From Balanoglossus misakiensis (Eukaryota; Animalia; Hemichordata), in NCBI GenBank assembly GCA_040954595.2, contig CM082589.2:10676894-10740893 (forward strand): DNA of 64,000 nucleotides, in the 5' to 3' direction. The position numbers and the translations under genes are program-made. Shown here piece by piece: positions 1 to 13,352 of this stretch. The notes beneath the pieces are model-generated. The model did not search any database. It was given only the letters and a program-made list of their open reading frames with translations, and had not been told where the DNA came from. Positions within the stretch are counted from its first letter, which is position 1. Each line of letters starts with the position of its first letter.

Positions 1-232
1 AAATTTTCGACTTTGCAAAATCTTAAAATTTCGTCGATTTTTGAAAAAAAATCATGGGTGAAAATCATCAAAAAATGACACATTTTCGACTTTGCAAAAT
101 CTAAAAATTTCGTCGATTTTTGAAAAAAAATCATGGGTAAAAATCATCAAAAAATGACAAATTTTCGACTTTGCAAAATCTCAAAATTTCGTCGATTTTG
201 AAAAAAAACATTGGGGGAAAATCATCAAAAAA

Positions 233-1727
233 TAGCGTCAAGGACACTGTGGTCCCATTTGAGGACATAGCTCATAGCAACATAGCAATAAGCATATCTA
301 CTCTGGATGCCAAGATATGGAAAAGTAGGTCAAAGGTCACCTGAGGTCATGCAAAATTTGGGCAAGACATTTTGACCCTATACTGGTCCATGTTCAACAA
401 AACAAAACCTATAGCCCTATTGGTTAGCCTGGAATTAGGTATGCACATAATTAATGAGATATGCAGGTGTCACAGGTGACCTTCAATTTTGGCTTTTCAA
501 TTTTAGTCCCAACCCTCCAAACGCGAAGTCTGTACCTGCTCTGGATGCCAAGATATGGAAAAGTAGGTCAAAGGTCACCTGAGATCATGCAAAATTTGGG
601 CAAGAAATTTTGACCCTATACTGGTCCATGTTCAACAAAAAGCAAACCTATAGCCCTATTGGTTAGCCTGGAATTAGGTATGCACAAAATTAATGAGATA
701 TGCAGGTGTCACAGGTGACCCCCAATTTTGGCTTTTCAATTTTAGTCCCAACCCTCCAAACGCCAAGTCTGTACCTGCTCTGGATGCCAAGATATGGAAA
801 AGTAGATCAAAGGTCACCTGAGGTCATGCAAAATTTGGGTAAGAAATTTTGACCCTATACTGGTCCATGTTCAACAAAAACCAAAAGTATAGCCCTATTG
901 GTTAGCCTGGAATTAGGTATGCACATAATTAATGAGATATGCAGGTGTCACAGGTGACCCATATTTTGGCTTTTCAATTTTAGTCCCAACCCTCCAAACG
1001 CCAAGTCTGTACCTGCTCTGGATGCCGAGATATAGCAAAGTAGGTCAAAGGTCACCTGAGGTCACCCAAAATTTGGGCAAGAAATTTTGACCCTATACTG
1101 GTCCATGTCCCACAAGAACGAAACCTCTAGCCCTATTAGTTAGCCCGGAATTAGGTATGCACATAATTAATGTGTTAAGCAGGTGTTACAGGTAAGCCCA
1201 AAAATTTGCCTTTTATTTTGGCCCCATTGTGCTCACGGACCAATAGACAGTCACTGTACAGGACTATTGCACAGACCAGAATTCCACAATAAGACGTGGA
1301 CATAGCTTAACCATAGAGGTATAAGTAAAGTTATAAATTTAATAAAAAGACTAAAAAATTCATAAAAAATAAAACATCCATGATATTAACTTAACACTTA
1401 CAGGTCGATGTGAGGTTGACATAAGGTACATGCATACCAATTTTCAAAGCAATCTGACCAGTAGTTGTTGACTTTCAGAGTTTTGATAAATTTCACATTT
1501 TACTGGCTAATTTGCATATTTTTGGGCCTGGCAACTTCGTTTGGACAAACTCCCATCTACAGCCCAGCCTGCACCTACACACCAAATATTGAGGTGTTAC
1601 GCACAGCGGTTTTCAAGTTTTTGATGTGGACGGACATACAGACATACATACATCCATACATACATCCATACAGACGCAACCCATCCCATAAGGTCCCATG
1701 GTATATAGGCCTATACCAATGGGACCT
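233..1727 (-). mobile_element. Non-autonomous Helentron (HINE/DINE-1-like), copy 1
   Basis: Minus strand 5' end: T-run + AGGTCCCATT..ATGGGACCT hairpin, then a GTAT/GTCT/GTCC microsatellite (1630-1672) and ~240-bp tandem repeats. 3' end: subTIR AATGGGACC, stem-loop AGTGTC-CTT-GACGCT, T-run. Inserted in a T-run. Termini identical to those of the element at 22096-38608. Confidence 0.9.
300..1200. repeat. ~240-bp internal tandem repeat (about 4 copies) of the HINE; also at 2641-3541 and about 37115-38060
   Basis: ctctggatgccaagatatggaaaagtaggtcaaaggtcacctgaggtc recurs at about 301, 539, 778 and 1016. Confidence 0.92.
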
Positions 1728-2573
1728 AAAAATGACAAATTATCGACTTTGCAAAATCTCACAATTTCGTCGATTTTGAAAAAAAACCATTGGGTGAAAA
1801 TCATCAAAAAATTACAAATTTTCGACTTTGCAAAATCTCAACATTTCGTCGATTTTTGAAAAAAATCATGGGTGAAAATCATCAAAAAATGACAAATTTT
1901 CGACTTTGCAAAATCTCAAAATTTCGTCGATTTTGAAAAAAATCATAGGTTCGTCGATTTTAAAAAAAAAAACATGGGTGAAAATCATCAAAAAATGACA
2001 AATTTTCGACTTTGCAAAATCTCACAATTTTGTCGATTTTTGAAAAAAATCATGGGAGAAAATCATCAAAAAATGACAAATTTTCGACTTTGCAAAATCT
2101 CAACATTTCGTCGATTTTTGAAAAAAATCATGGGTGAAAATCATCAAAAAATGACAAATTTTCGACTGTGCAAAATCTCAAAATTTCGTCGATTTTTGAA
2201 AAAAAATCATGGTTGAAAATCATCAAAAAATGACAAAATTTTCGACTTTGCAAAATCACACAATTTCGTCGATTTTGAAAAAAATCATAGGTTCGTCGAT
2301 TTTTTAAAAAAAAACATGGGTGAAAATCATCAAAAAATGACAAATTTTCGACTTTGCAAAATCTTAAAATTTCGTCGATTTTTGAAAAAAAATCATGGGT
2401 GAAAATCATCAAAAAATGACACATTTTCGACTTTGCAAAATCTAAAAATTTCGTCGATTTTTGAAAAAAAATCATGGGTAAAAATCATCAAAAAATGACA
2501 AATTTTCGACTTTGCAAAATCTCAAAATTTCGTCGATTTTGAAAAAAAACATTGGGGGAAAATCATCAAAAAA

Positions 2574-4068
2574 TAGCGTCAAGGACACTGTGGTCCCATT
2601 TGAGGACATAGCTCATAGCAACATAGCAATAAGCATATCTACTCTGGATGCCAAGATATGGAAAAGTAGGTCAAAGGTCACCTGAGGTCATGCAAAATTT
2701 GGGCAAGACATTTTGACCCTATACTGGTCCATGTTCAACAAAACAAAACCTATAGCCCTATTGGTTAGCCTGGAATTAGGTATGCACATAATTAATGAGA
2801 TATGCAGGTGTCACAGGTGACCTTCAATTTTGGCTTTTCAATTTTAGTCCCAACCCTCCAAACGCGAAGTCTGTACCTGCTCTGGATGCCAAGATATGGA
2901 AAAGTAGGTCAAAGGTCACCTGAGATCATGCAAAATTTGGGCAAGAAATTTTGACCCTATACTGGTCCATGTTCAACAAAAAGCAAACCTATAGCCCTAT
3001 TGGTTAGCCTGGAATTAGGTATGCACAAAATTAATGAGATATGCAGGTGTCACAGGTGACCCCCAATTTTGGCTTTTCAATTTTAGTCCCAACCCTCCAA
3101 ACGCCAAGTCTGTACCTGCTCTGGATGCCAAGATATGGAAAAGTAGATCAAAGGTCACCTGAGGTCATGCAAAATTTGGGTAAGAAATTTTGACCCTATA
3201 CTGGTCCATGCTCAACAAAAACCAAAAGTATAGCCCTATTGGTTAGCCTGGAATTAGGTATGCACATAATTAATGAGATATGCAGGTGTCACAGGTGACC
3301 CATATTTTGGCTTTTCAATTTTAGTCCCAACCCTCCAAACGCCAAGTCTGTACCTGCTCTGGATGCCGAGATATAGCAAAGTAGGTCAAAGGTCACCTGA
3401 GGTCTCCCAAAATTTGGGCAAGAAATTTTGACCCTATACTGGTCCATGTCCCACAAGAACGAAACCTCTAGCCCTATTAGTTAGCCCGGAATTAGGTATG
3501 CACATAATTAATGTGTTAAGCAGGTGTTACAGGTAAGCCCAAAAATTTGCCTTTTATTTTGGCCCCATTGTGCTCACGGACCAATAGACAGTCACTGTAC
3601 AGGACTATTGCACAGACCAGAATTCCACAATAAGACGTGGACATAGCTTAACCATAGAGGTATAAGTAAAGTTATAAATTTAATAAAAAGACTAAAAAAT
3701 TCATAAAAAATAAAACATCCATGATATTAACTTAACACTTACAGGTCGATGTGAGGTTGACATAAGGTACATGCATACCAATTTTCAAAGCAATCTGACC
3801 AGTAGTTGTTGACTTTCAGAGTTTTGATAAATTTCACATTTTACTGGCTAATTTGCATATTTTTGGGCCTGGCAACTTCGTTTGGACAAACTCCCATCTA
3901 CAGCCCAGCCTGCACCTACACACCAAATATTGAGGTGTTACGCACAGCGGTTTTCAAGTTTTTGATGTGGACGGACATACAGACATACATACATCCATAC
4001 ATACATCCATACAGACGCAACCCATCCCATAAGGTCCCATGGTATATAGGCCTATACCAATGGGACCT
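2574..4068 (-). mobile_element. Non-autonomous Helentron (HINE), copy 2
   Basis: Nearly identical to 233-1727 at an offset of 2341 bp, including the flanking satellite variants. Confidence 0.9.
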
Positions 4069-7000
4069 AAAAATGACAAATTATCGACTTTGCAAAATCT
4101 CACAATTTCGTCGATTTTTGAAAAAAATCATGGGTGAAAATCATCAAAAAATGACAAATTTTCGACTTTGCAAAATCTCAACATTTCGTCGATTTTTGAA
4201 AAAAATCATGGGTGAAAATCATCAAAAAATGACAAATTTTCGACTTTGCAAAATCTCAAAATTTCGTCGATTTTGAAAAAAATCATAGGTTCGTCGATTT
4301 TAAAAAAAAAACATGGGTGAAAATCATCAAAAAATGACAAATTTTCGACTTTGCAAAATCTCACAATTTCGTCGATTTTTGAAAAAAATCATGGGAGAAA
4401 ATCATCAAAAAATGACAAATTTTCGACTTTGCAAAATCTCAACATTTCGTCGATTTTTGAAAAAAATCATGGGTGAAAATCATCAAAAAATGACAAATTT
4501 TCGACTGTGCAAAATCTCAAAATTTCGTCGATTTTTGAAAAAAAATCATGGTTGAAAATCATCAAAAAATGACAAAATTTTCGACTTTGCAAAATCACAC
4601 AATTTCGTCGATTTTGAAAAAAATCATAGGTTCGTCGATTTTTTAAAAAAAAACATGGGTGAAAATCATCAAAAAATGACAAATTTTCGACTTTGCAAAA
4701 TCTTAAAATTTCGTCGATTTTTTAAAAAAAATCATGGGTGAAAATCATCAAAAAATGACACATTTTCGACTTTGCAAAATCTTAAAATTTCGTCGATTTT
4801 TGAGAAAAATCATGGGTGAAAATCATCAAAAAATGACAAATTTTCGACTTTGCAAAATCTCAAAATTTCGTCGATTTTTGAAAAAAATCATGGGTGAAAA
4901 TCATCAAAAAATGACAAATTTTCGACTTTGCAAAATCTCAAAATTTTGTCGATTTTTGAAAAAAATCATAGGTGAAAATCATCAAAAAATGACAAATTTT
5001 CGACTTCGCAAAATCTCAAAATTTCGTCAATTTTTGAAAAAATCAGGGGTAAAAATCATCAAAAAATGACAAATTTTCGTCTTTGCTAAATCTCAAAATT
5101 TCGTCGGTTTTTGAAAAATAATATGGGTGAAAATCATCAAAAAATGACAAATTTTCGACTTTGCAAAATCTCAAAATTTCGTCCATTTTTGAAAAAAAAT
5201 CATGGGTAAAAATCATCAAAAAATGACAAATTTTCGTCTTTGCAAAATCTCAAAATTTCGTCCATTTAAAAAAAAAACATGGGGGAAAATCATCAAAAAA
5301 TGACAAATTTTCGTCTTTGCAAAATCTCAAAATTTCGTCCATTTAAAAAAAAAAACATGGGTGAAAATCATCAAAAAATGACAAATTTTCGACTTTGCAA
5401 AATCTCAAAATTTCGTCGATTTTTGAAAAAAAATCATGGGTGAAAATCATCAAAAAATGACAAATTTTCGTCTTTGCAAAATCTCAAAATTTCGTCCATT
5501 TTAAAAAAAAAACATGGGGCAAAATCATCAAAAAATGACAAATTTTCGACTTTGCAAAATCTCAAAATTTCGTCGATTTTTGAAAAAAAATCATGGGTGA
5601 AAATCATCAAAAAAAGACAAATTTTCGTCTTTGCAAAATCTCAAAATTTCGTCCATTTTTGAATAAAAATCATGGGTAAAAATCATCAAAAATGACAAAT
5701 TTTCGTCTTTGCAAAATCTCAAATTTTCGTCGATTTTTGAAAAAAAATCATGGTTGAAAATCATCAAAAAATGACAAAATTTTCGACTTTGTAAAATCAC
5801 AAAATTTCGTCGATTTTGAAAAAAATCATAGGTTCGTCGATTTTTTAAAAAAAAAACATGGGTGAAAATCATCAAAAAATGACAAATTTTCGACTTTGCA
5901 AAATCTCAAAATTTCGTCGATTTTTGAAAAAAAATCATGGGTGAAAATCATCAAAAAATGACACATTTTCGATTATGCAAAATCTCAAAATTTCGTCGAT
6001 TTTTGAAAAAAAATCATGGGTAAAAATCATCAAAAAATGACAAATTTTCGTCTTTGCAAAATCTTAAAATTTCGTCGATTTTTGAAACAAATCATGGGTG
6101 AAAATCATCAAAAAATGACACATTTTCGACTTTGCAAAATCTAAAAATTTCGTCGATTTTTGAAAAATAATATGAGTGAAAATCATCAAAAAATGGCAAA
6201 TTTTCGACTTTGCAAAATCTCAAAATTTCGTCCATTTAAAAAAAAAAAACATGGGGGAAAATCATCAAAAAATGACAAATTTTCGACTTTGCAAAATCTC
6301 AAAATTTCGTCGATTTTTGAAAAAAAATCATGGGTGAAAATCATCAAAAAATGACAAATTTTCGTCTTTGCAAAATCTCAAAATTTCGTCCATTTTAAAA
6401 AAAAAACATGGGGCAAAATCATCAAAAAATGACAAATTTTCGACTTTGCAAAATCTCAAAATTTCGTCGATTTTTGAAAAAAAATCATGGGTGAAAATCA
6501 TCAAAAAATGACAAATTTTCGTCTTTGCAAAATCTCAAAATTTCGTCCATTTTTGAATAAAAATCATGGGTAAAAATCATCAAAAATGACAAATTTTCGT
6601 CTTTGCTATATCTCAAAATTTCGTCGGTTTTTGAAAAATAATATGGGTGAAAATCATCAAAAAATGACAAATTTTCGACTTTGCAAAATCTTAAAATTTC
6701 GTCGATTTTTGAAAAAAATCATGGGTGAAAATCATCAAAAAATGACAAATTTTCGACTTTGCAAAATCTCAAAATTTCGTCAATATTTGAAAAATTCATG
6801 GGTAAAAATCATCAAAAAATGACAAATTTTCGTCTTTGCTAAATCTCAAAATTTCGTCGGTTTTTGAAAAATAATATGGGTGAAAATCATCAAAAAATGA
6901 CAAATTTTCGACTTTGCAAAATCTCAAAATTTCGTCCATTTTTGAAAAAAAATCATGGGTAAAAATCATCAAAAAATGACAAATTTTCGTCTTTGCAAAA

Positions 7001-7696
7001 TCTCAAAATTTCGTCCATTTTAAAAAAAAAACATGGGGGAAAATCATCAAAAAATGACAAATTTTCGACTTTGCAAAATCTCAAAATTTCGTCGATTTTT
7101 GAAAAAAAATCATGGGTGAAAATCATCAAAAAATGACAAATTTTCGTCTTTGCAAAATCTCAAAATTTCGTCCATTTTTGAATAAAAATCATGGGTAAAA
7201 ATAATCAAAAATGACAAATTTTCGTCTTTGCAAAATCTCAAATTTTCGTCGATTTTTGAAAAAAAATCATGGGAGAAAATCATCAAAAAATGACAAATTT
7301 TCGACTTTGCAAAATCTCAACATTTCGTCGATTTTTGAAAAAAATCATGGGTGAAAATCATCAAAAAATGACAAATTTTCGACTTTGCAAAATCTCAACA
7401 TTTCGTCGATTTTTGAAAAAAATCATGGTGAAAATCATCAAAAAATGACAAATTTTCGACTTTGCAAAGTCTCAACATTTCGTCGATTTTTGAAAAAATC
7501 ATGGGTGAAAATCATCAAAAAATGACAAAATTTTCGACTTTGCAAAATCTCAAAATTTCGTCGATTTTGAAAAAAATCATAGGTTCGTCGATTTTTTAAA
7601 AAAAAACGGGTGAAAATCATCAAAAAATGACAAATTTTTGACTTTGCAAAATCTCACAATTTCGTCGATTTTCGTCCATTTAAAAAAAAAATCATG

Positions 7697-7860
7697 TAGG
7701 TAACATTGCGATCAACGGCATAATGTTACCCAATTAAGCAACTCGAAAAGGGGCGCCCTCAACCTCAAACGAGCCTCAAAAATCCCATAATCCATCACTC
7801 ACGGCCACTTCAAGGGTTCGGAGCGTGTCCTGCAGTGCACGCTCTCTCTGCCTCAATTTC
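7697..7860 (+). repeat. Ngaro split direct repeat A (copies at 13353-13516 and 18276-18439)
   Basis: Starts taggtaacattgcgatcaacggcataatgttacc, which contains a 9-bp inverted repeat ggtaacatt/aatgttacc. Confidence 0.92.
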
Positions 7861-7877
7861 AATTTCTCACCATTATT

Positions 7878-10800
7878 ATGGAGAACGCTGAACAACAGCT
7901 GCTGGATTTGGGAATAGAGCCCAGTCCAGTCGCCAAAAAGGGACCTGCAACTCGCAGTAAGACTACGACAAGAGCATCGACCGGTCGAAAAGTTCGCGTG
8001 GTCCCCCCCACCAAACTTTCCAAAGTACCAATGGCGTCAGCTCGTTCGAAAGGCGGGAAATGTAGCAAACCTGTCAAGGAAGAAGACACTTCATCTGACG
8101 GGGAAGATGTGAGGTCAGAGAAAGAGAAGTTGCAGGCGGAGATAGCGAGACTGCAGGAGCAATCTGAAGTAGACAATTTAAGAAAACAACTAAAAGAAAT
8201 GAAACTGGAGAAGGAACGACGCAGCCCGCCAGCCGCTTCGAGCGGAAGTCCCAGAAGTCACGACCTGAGTCAACTCACGCTACCCGATCTCAAGAGGATG
8301 GCGAAAGAAGACTCACAATTGCAGTGGTCGTTACCATCAGGCAGTCCGTGGCTACCAGCGACAGGGGCCGCTGGCGGCGGTGAAGACCTCCAACCGAACC
8401 AACTCCTGGCACAGTCCGGTTTATACACAGCAGCGCAGAGCAAAGCAGGTAACGTACCAATGAAATCGATGCGGTTCAACACCAGAACCGATCGTGTGCG
8501 ACAGCACGTCCTATGGCCGCACATGTTCGTCAGGGCTCGGACATTCTCGGGCGCCCCACCAAAATTCGATGATATGTCAATGGCGGAATTTGTGGAAGGT
8601 AATCTCGCGATAGTGCAACTTCCTACTTTGAGTGACACAGAGAAACAGCAGCGATTACAACACTTACAGTCGCTTATGAAAGACGCCAATTTGTTTCCCT
8701 GGGACGCCATCTTGAAGTTCGAGGGCGCGCTCCTCTCTGACATGGAGTCAGGACTCAGAACATGGGCAAATGACACCGCAGATCTGAGAGAGCTATATTT
8801 GCTGCCGCGTATCGGCGAGATCAGACGGGATAAAACAGCGGACAAATCCAAAAAGAAGGATCAGATTAATGTATGTTTCAAATACCAAAGTAACAAGTGC
8901 GAGAAGGAGGATTGCGCATTCAAACACATATGTGAAGCCTGCATGAAGTTGCGTAACAACCTGGCCAAGCATCCCAAGATTGCCAGCCCCTGGAAGGATA
9001 AGGCCTTTAGAGAGCAAGAGAGCAACAAGTTGACCGATAGTTCTGGCAAAGCAGAGGTAGATAAGTCTAAACAAGACTCTCATGACTGTGACAGCAATTT
9101 AATTCCTAAATTGAACCATAGAGTCAAAAGTGCAGGCACGGAGTGTAATATCAATGACTTTTATACATTGATGGGCATCACAGATCAGGCAGTGCACAAG
9201 TGTGATCGCTCTGTACAAACTGACATGGAGATTGATATTTCAAGAAGCCTGTCAATGTGCAACCCGGAGGTTTTGCGGGATGCTATTGTTAACCCTAGTA
9301 GTATTTCTGAACCAGTGCTTTCGATTGACGAGCCAGTAACATGTACCATTGCCAATGTTGCCTCTGAATATACAGGTTGTTTTGATACCTCTGTTAGCAG
9401 GGATAATGTTGACAAATACCTTTGTAAAACTCATACAGTTGATTTGATAGAACCTGATATTGAGACTGATCTTGACAAGCAAATCCCTATTGAATCACTA
9501 GCCCATACCGTCGGTGATACCACTGAATTTGCATGTGAGATTAGCGCTCATGGTTCATCTGACGGTATGATCAGTGATGACCACGATGTCTTTGTTAGTG
9601 ATATGTTTACTGTGGAAAATGTTCCAAATATGGGGCCTCCCAACCCCACCCTTGTTGATCACAGTGTTCCAGACACTTATCCACTGGGCAATGATATGCA
9701 GTATTCTGAGTTATCAGATACTCCCGTGGGCGGGGATGTCTGTCCCCCGTCGTCATGGCCACAAGGGTCACCCCTTGATTTAAAGCAGAGGTAGATAAGT
9801 CTAAACAAGACTCTCATGACTGTGACAGCAATTTAATTCCTAAATTGAACCATAGAGTCAAAAGTGCAGGTACGGAGTGTAATATCAATGACTTTTATAC
9901 ATTGATGGGCATCACAGATCAGGCAGTGCACTAGTGTGATCGCTCTGTACAAACTGACATGGAGATTGATATTTCAAGAAGCCTGTCAATGTGCAACCCG
10001 GAGGTTTTGCGGGATGCTATTGTTAACCCTAGTAGTATTTCTGAACCAGTGCTTTCGATTGACGAGCCAGTAACATGTACCATTGCCAATGTTGCCTCTG
10101 AACACACAGGTTGTTTTGATACCTCTGTTAGCAGGGATAATGTTGACAAATACCTTTGTAAAACTCATACAGTTGATTTGATAGAACCTGATATTGAGAC
10201 TGATCTTGACAAGCAAATCCCTATTGAATCACTAGCCCATACCGTCGGTGATACCACTGAATTTGCATGTGAGATTAGCGTCATGGTTCATCTGACGGTA
10301 TGATCAGTGATGACCACGATGTCTTTGTTAGTGACATGTTTACTGTGGAAAATGTTCCAAATATGGGGCCTCCCAACCCCACCCTTGTTGATCACAGTGT
10401 TCCAGACACTTATCCACTGGGCAATGATATGCAGTATTCTGAGTTATCAGATACTCCCGTGGGCGGGGATGTCTGTCCCCCGTCGTCATGGCCACAAGCG
10501 TCACCCCCTGATTTAACAGAAGTTATAACCGTTCATGACATAGTTGTTGAATCAGGTTTACCAAATTCTCAATTTTGCAGAATACCCGTTTCATCAAATC
10601 TTCAAATCCCAATTTGGCGAGCCGAATTGCAGCAATATGATGACAAAATCATCTGCGATTACCTACAATATGGTTGGCCCGTCTACTATACAGCCTCAGA
10701 ATTGCCATACTCTACAGTGAAAAACCACCCATCAGCTATAAATTACTCGGCGCATGTCGACAACTGGATCATTAACGAAGTCGCAGCCGGGGCTACAGCG

Positions 10801-12183
10801 GGTCCGTTCTTAACTAACCCCCTTGCCACACCACTCAGTACTTCCCCCATTCAGACTGTCGAAAAAAAAGATAGTGTTAATCGGCGTATAGTCTTTGATC
10901 TTAGTTCCCCAATCCACCATTCAGTAAATGACGGTATCCCCAAAGGGGAATATCTTGGGGAGAGTTTTCAGCTTCAATATCCTTCCATTGATGATTTCAC
11001 TGCAATGATGACCCGTAAGGGCAGGGGATGCCTCCTATTTAAGCGCGATTTAAGCAGAGCTTATCGGCAAATACCAGTCGATCCAGCGGACTACCATTTG
11101 CTGGGCTACACGTGGCGTAATTTATTGTTCTTTGACCTTACATTGCCATTTGGCTTGCGAACCGCAGCGCTAGCCTGCCAGCGCACCACTAATGCGGTTT
11201 CTTATATCTATTCCACGAAAGGGTATGACTGTGTTAATTACCTTGACGACTTCGGTGGTGCAGAGACCTCCAACAAAGCCCACAAGGCATTTGCGGAGCT
11301 AGGTGACACGCTGGATAGACTGGGTTTGCAAGAAGCCAAACACAAAGCGGTGCCCCCGTCATCAATCATGACTTTTCTTGGAATCCAGTTGAACTCCCTT
11401 ACAATGACTATGGAAGTTACTCCTGACCGGCTTAATGAAATAGAGCAAGAGCTGGGTGTATGGGTCACTAAAACAAAAGCAACTAAGCGCGAGCTGCAAT
11501 CACTCATAGGCAAGCTTTCCTTTATTGCCAAATGTGTCAAGCCTGGTAGGCTATTCCTGGCGAGAATGCTAGATGTGTTGCGTACCGTCACCCGCAATCA
11601 CTACCATATCTATCTAAACAGTGATTTCAAGGCAGATCTACGGTGGTGGATTAATTTCATTAGGGTTTATAATGGGGTGTCTCTCATTAAAGAGTCAGGT
11701 TGGTGCCCGCCAGATGAAATATTTTCTTCGGATGCATGCCCAACAGGGGGAGGGGGGCTTTGCGACAACGAGTATTTCCACGTGGAGTTCCCTGACTTTG
11801 TAAAGGTTGGGGACCCTCACATTAATGCCCTCGAATTACTCACTATTACTATAGCGGCAAAAATTTGGGGTGATAGATGGTCTGGAAAGAAAATACAGGT
11901 CTCTTGCGACAACCAGGCAACAGTTTGGGTCATTAATACCGGTAGAGCTAGGGATAAACTAATGCTGTCTTGCTTGAGGGAATTATGGCTGGTAGCAGCG
12001 ATTCACGAGTTTGAGCTACGTGCTGTGCACATCGCAGGCACCGAGAACCGGCTGGCTGATGCGCTCAGTCGCTGGCATCTTGACCCAAGTTATGAGCAAC
12101 TCTTCAAATCATCTGTTAATATTTCTCAAATGACCGAGCACCCAGTCGCCGAGGATGACATTCGCTTTCTCAATGAGTGGTGA
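7878..12183 (+). pseudogene. Ngaro gag-RT-RNase H of copy 1, broken by a 733/734-bp internal tandem duplication
   Basis: 9048-9781 is repeated at 9782-10514, splitting the ORF into 7878-9794, 9959-10303 and 10300-12183. Otherwise it is almost identical to 13534-17106. Confidence 0.9.
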
Positions 12184-13202
12184 CTGATTTTATTTTTATT
12201 TCAGATCACTGCCAAACTATCCAAGCCTTAGACGCTCAAATCGCTATCTCAATGAGGTCAGCATTAGCGGAAGGAACTCGTCGGAATTTGTCGTCACAGT
12301 TGAAGAGTTACTTCCTGTTTTGTCAGTTTTTCAATTTTACTCCTGTTCCAGCATCTGTTCTTACAGTGTGTAGATTTATCCAGTTTCTTGCAAGATCAGT
12401 AACTGCTACTGGCACCATTCAGAATTATTTGTACGCAATTCGTACCTTGCATAGAATCCATGGCTTCACGCCATTGGCCGCTGATCAGTATGTTGTCAAA
12501 TTACTTTTGAAATGTCTTTCCCGTAGCACTTTCCAGCCAGTGAGGCAGAAATTACCCATCACCCCCCAGTTGTTGCTACAGTTTTTCGGGCTTCTAGATG
12601 TGGCTGTTCCATTCGATGTTACTTTGTGGGCATGCCTTTTGATAGGGTTTTTCTCCTTTTTTCGCAAGTCAAATCTTGTTCCGAAGTCTGCAACCGACTT
12701 TGATCCGGCTAAACACCTCTGTAGGGGTAAAGTCATTTCCTCAGATTCTGGCCTTATAATCGGCGTGACTTGGTCAAAAACCATTCAGTTTTGCGAACGC
12801 TGTTTGACTATTCCACTTGCCCGCATTCCAGGTTCGGTGTTGTGCCCTTTACAGGCATACAATCACATGTGTGAGATCATCCCAGCCCCACCCTCTAGCC
12901 CAGCATTTGTTTTTCCCAAATGTGGCAAATTGGTCCCCTTGACCCATTCAGGGCTGGTGAAAAGTATCAAATGTTTAGTTCAGAGGGCAGGCTTTCCTGC
13001 TGACATGTACTCGGGTCACAGCCTCCGTCGTGGGGGTGCAACCTTTGCATTCGAAAGTGGGGTCCCTGGGGAGCTTATCAAACTCCAAGGGGATTGGCAA
13101 TCCAGCGCGTATCTCCGTTATCTTAACATTCCATTTCAGACTCGTTATCTGGTGTCCTTTCAAATGGGTCAGCATATTAAAGACATCTCCGCGTCACACT
13201 GA
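12177..13202 (+). CDS. Tyrosine recombinase of Ngaro copy 1
   Basis: YR catalytic residues: FFRKSNL (R), WSKT (K), GHSLRRGGA (HxxR), GDWQSSAYLRY (W..Y). True start uncertain. Confidence 0.93.
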   Translation: MVTDFIFISDHCQTIQALDAQIAISMRSALAEGTRRNLSSQLKSYFLFCQFFNFTPVPASVLTVCRFIQFLARSVTATGTIQNYLYAIRTLHRIHGFTPLAADQYVVKLLLKCLSRSTFQPVRQKLPITPQLLLQFFGLLDVAVPFDVTLWACLLIGFFSFFRKSNLVPKSATDFDPAKHLCRGKVISSDSGLIIGVTWSKTIQFCERCLTIPLARIPGSVLCPLQAYNHMCEIIPAPPSSPAFVFPKCGKLVPLTHSGLVKSIKCLVQRAGFPADMYSGHSLRRGGATFAFESGVPGELIKLQGDWQSSAYLRYLNIPFQTRYLVSFQMGQHIKDISASH

Positions 13203-13246
13203 TTTTACTGTGGCACTAGCAGAGAGGCGGACCGGGTTTGGCAGTG

Positions 13247-13352
13247 GTTGGGCCTGCAAGAGCCCCCAGTTCACGTAAATAAATAATGGCTCTTGCCTTC
13301 AGCTGCCAAACCTGTGTCCTTGGTTTGTGTGTTAGAGAGATCTCAAGTAATT
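13247..13352 (+). repeat. Ngaro split direct repeat B (copies at 18170-18275 and 18588-18693); contains AATAAA
   Basis: gttgggcctgcaagagc...taaataaataatgg...gagatctcaagtaatt occurs three times. Confidence 0.92.

Noticed and set aside
1465-1779. ORF MLTFRVLINF.. (also at 3806 and 38326) resembling a signal peptide protein
   Set aside because: It has a TTG start, runs antisense through the HINE microsatellite and terminus, and ends differently in each copy.
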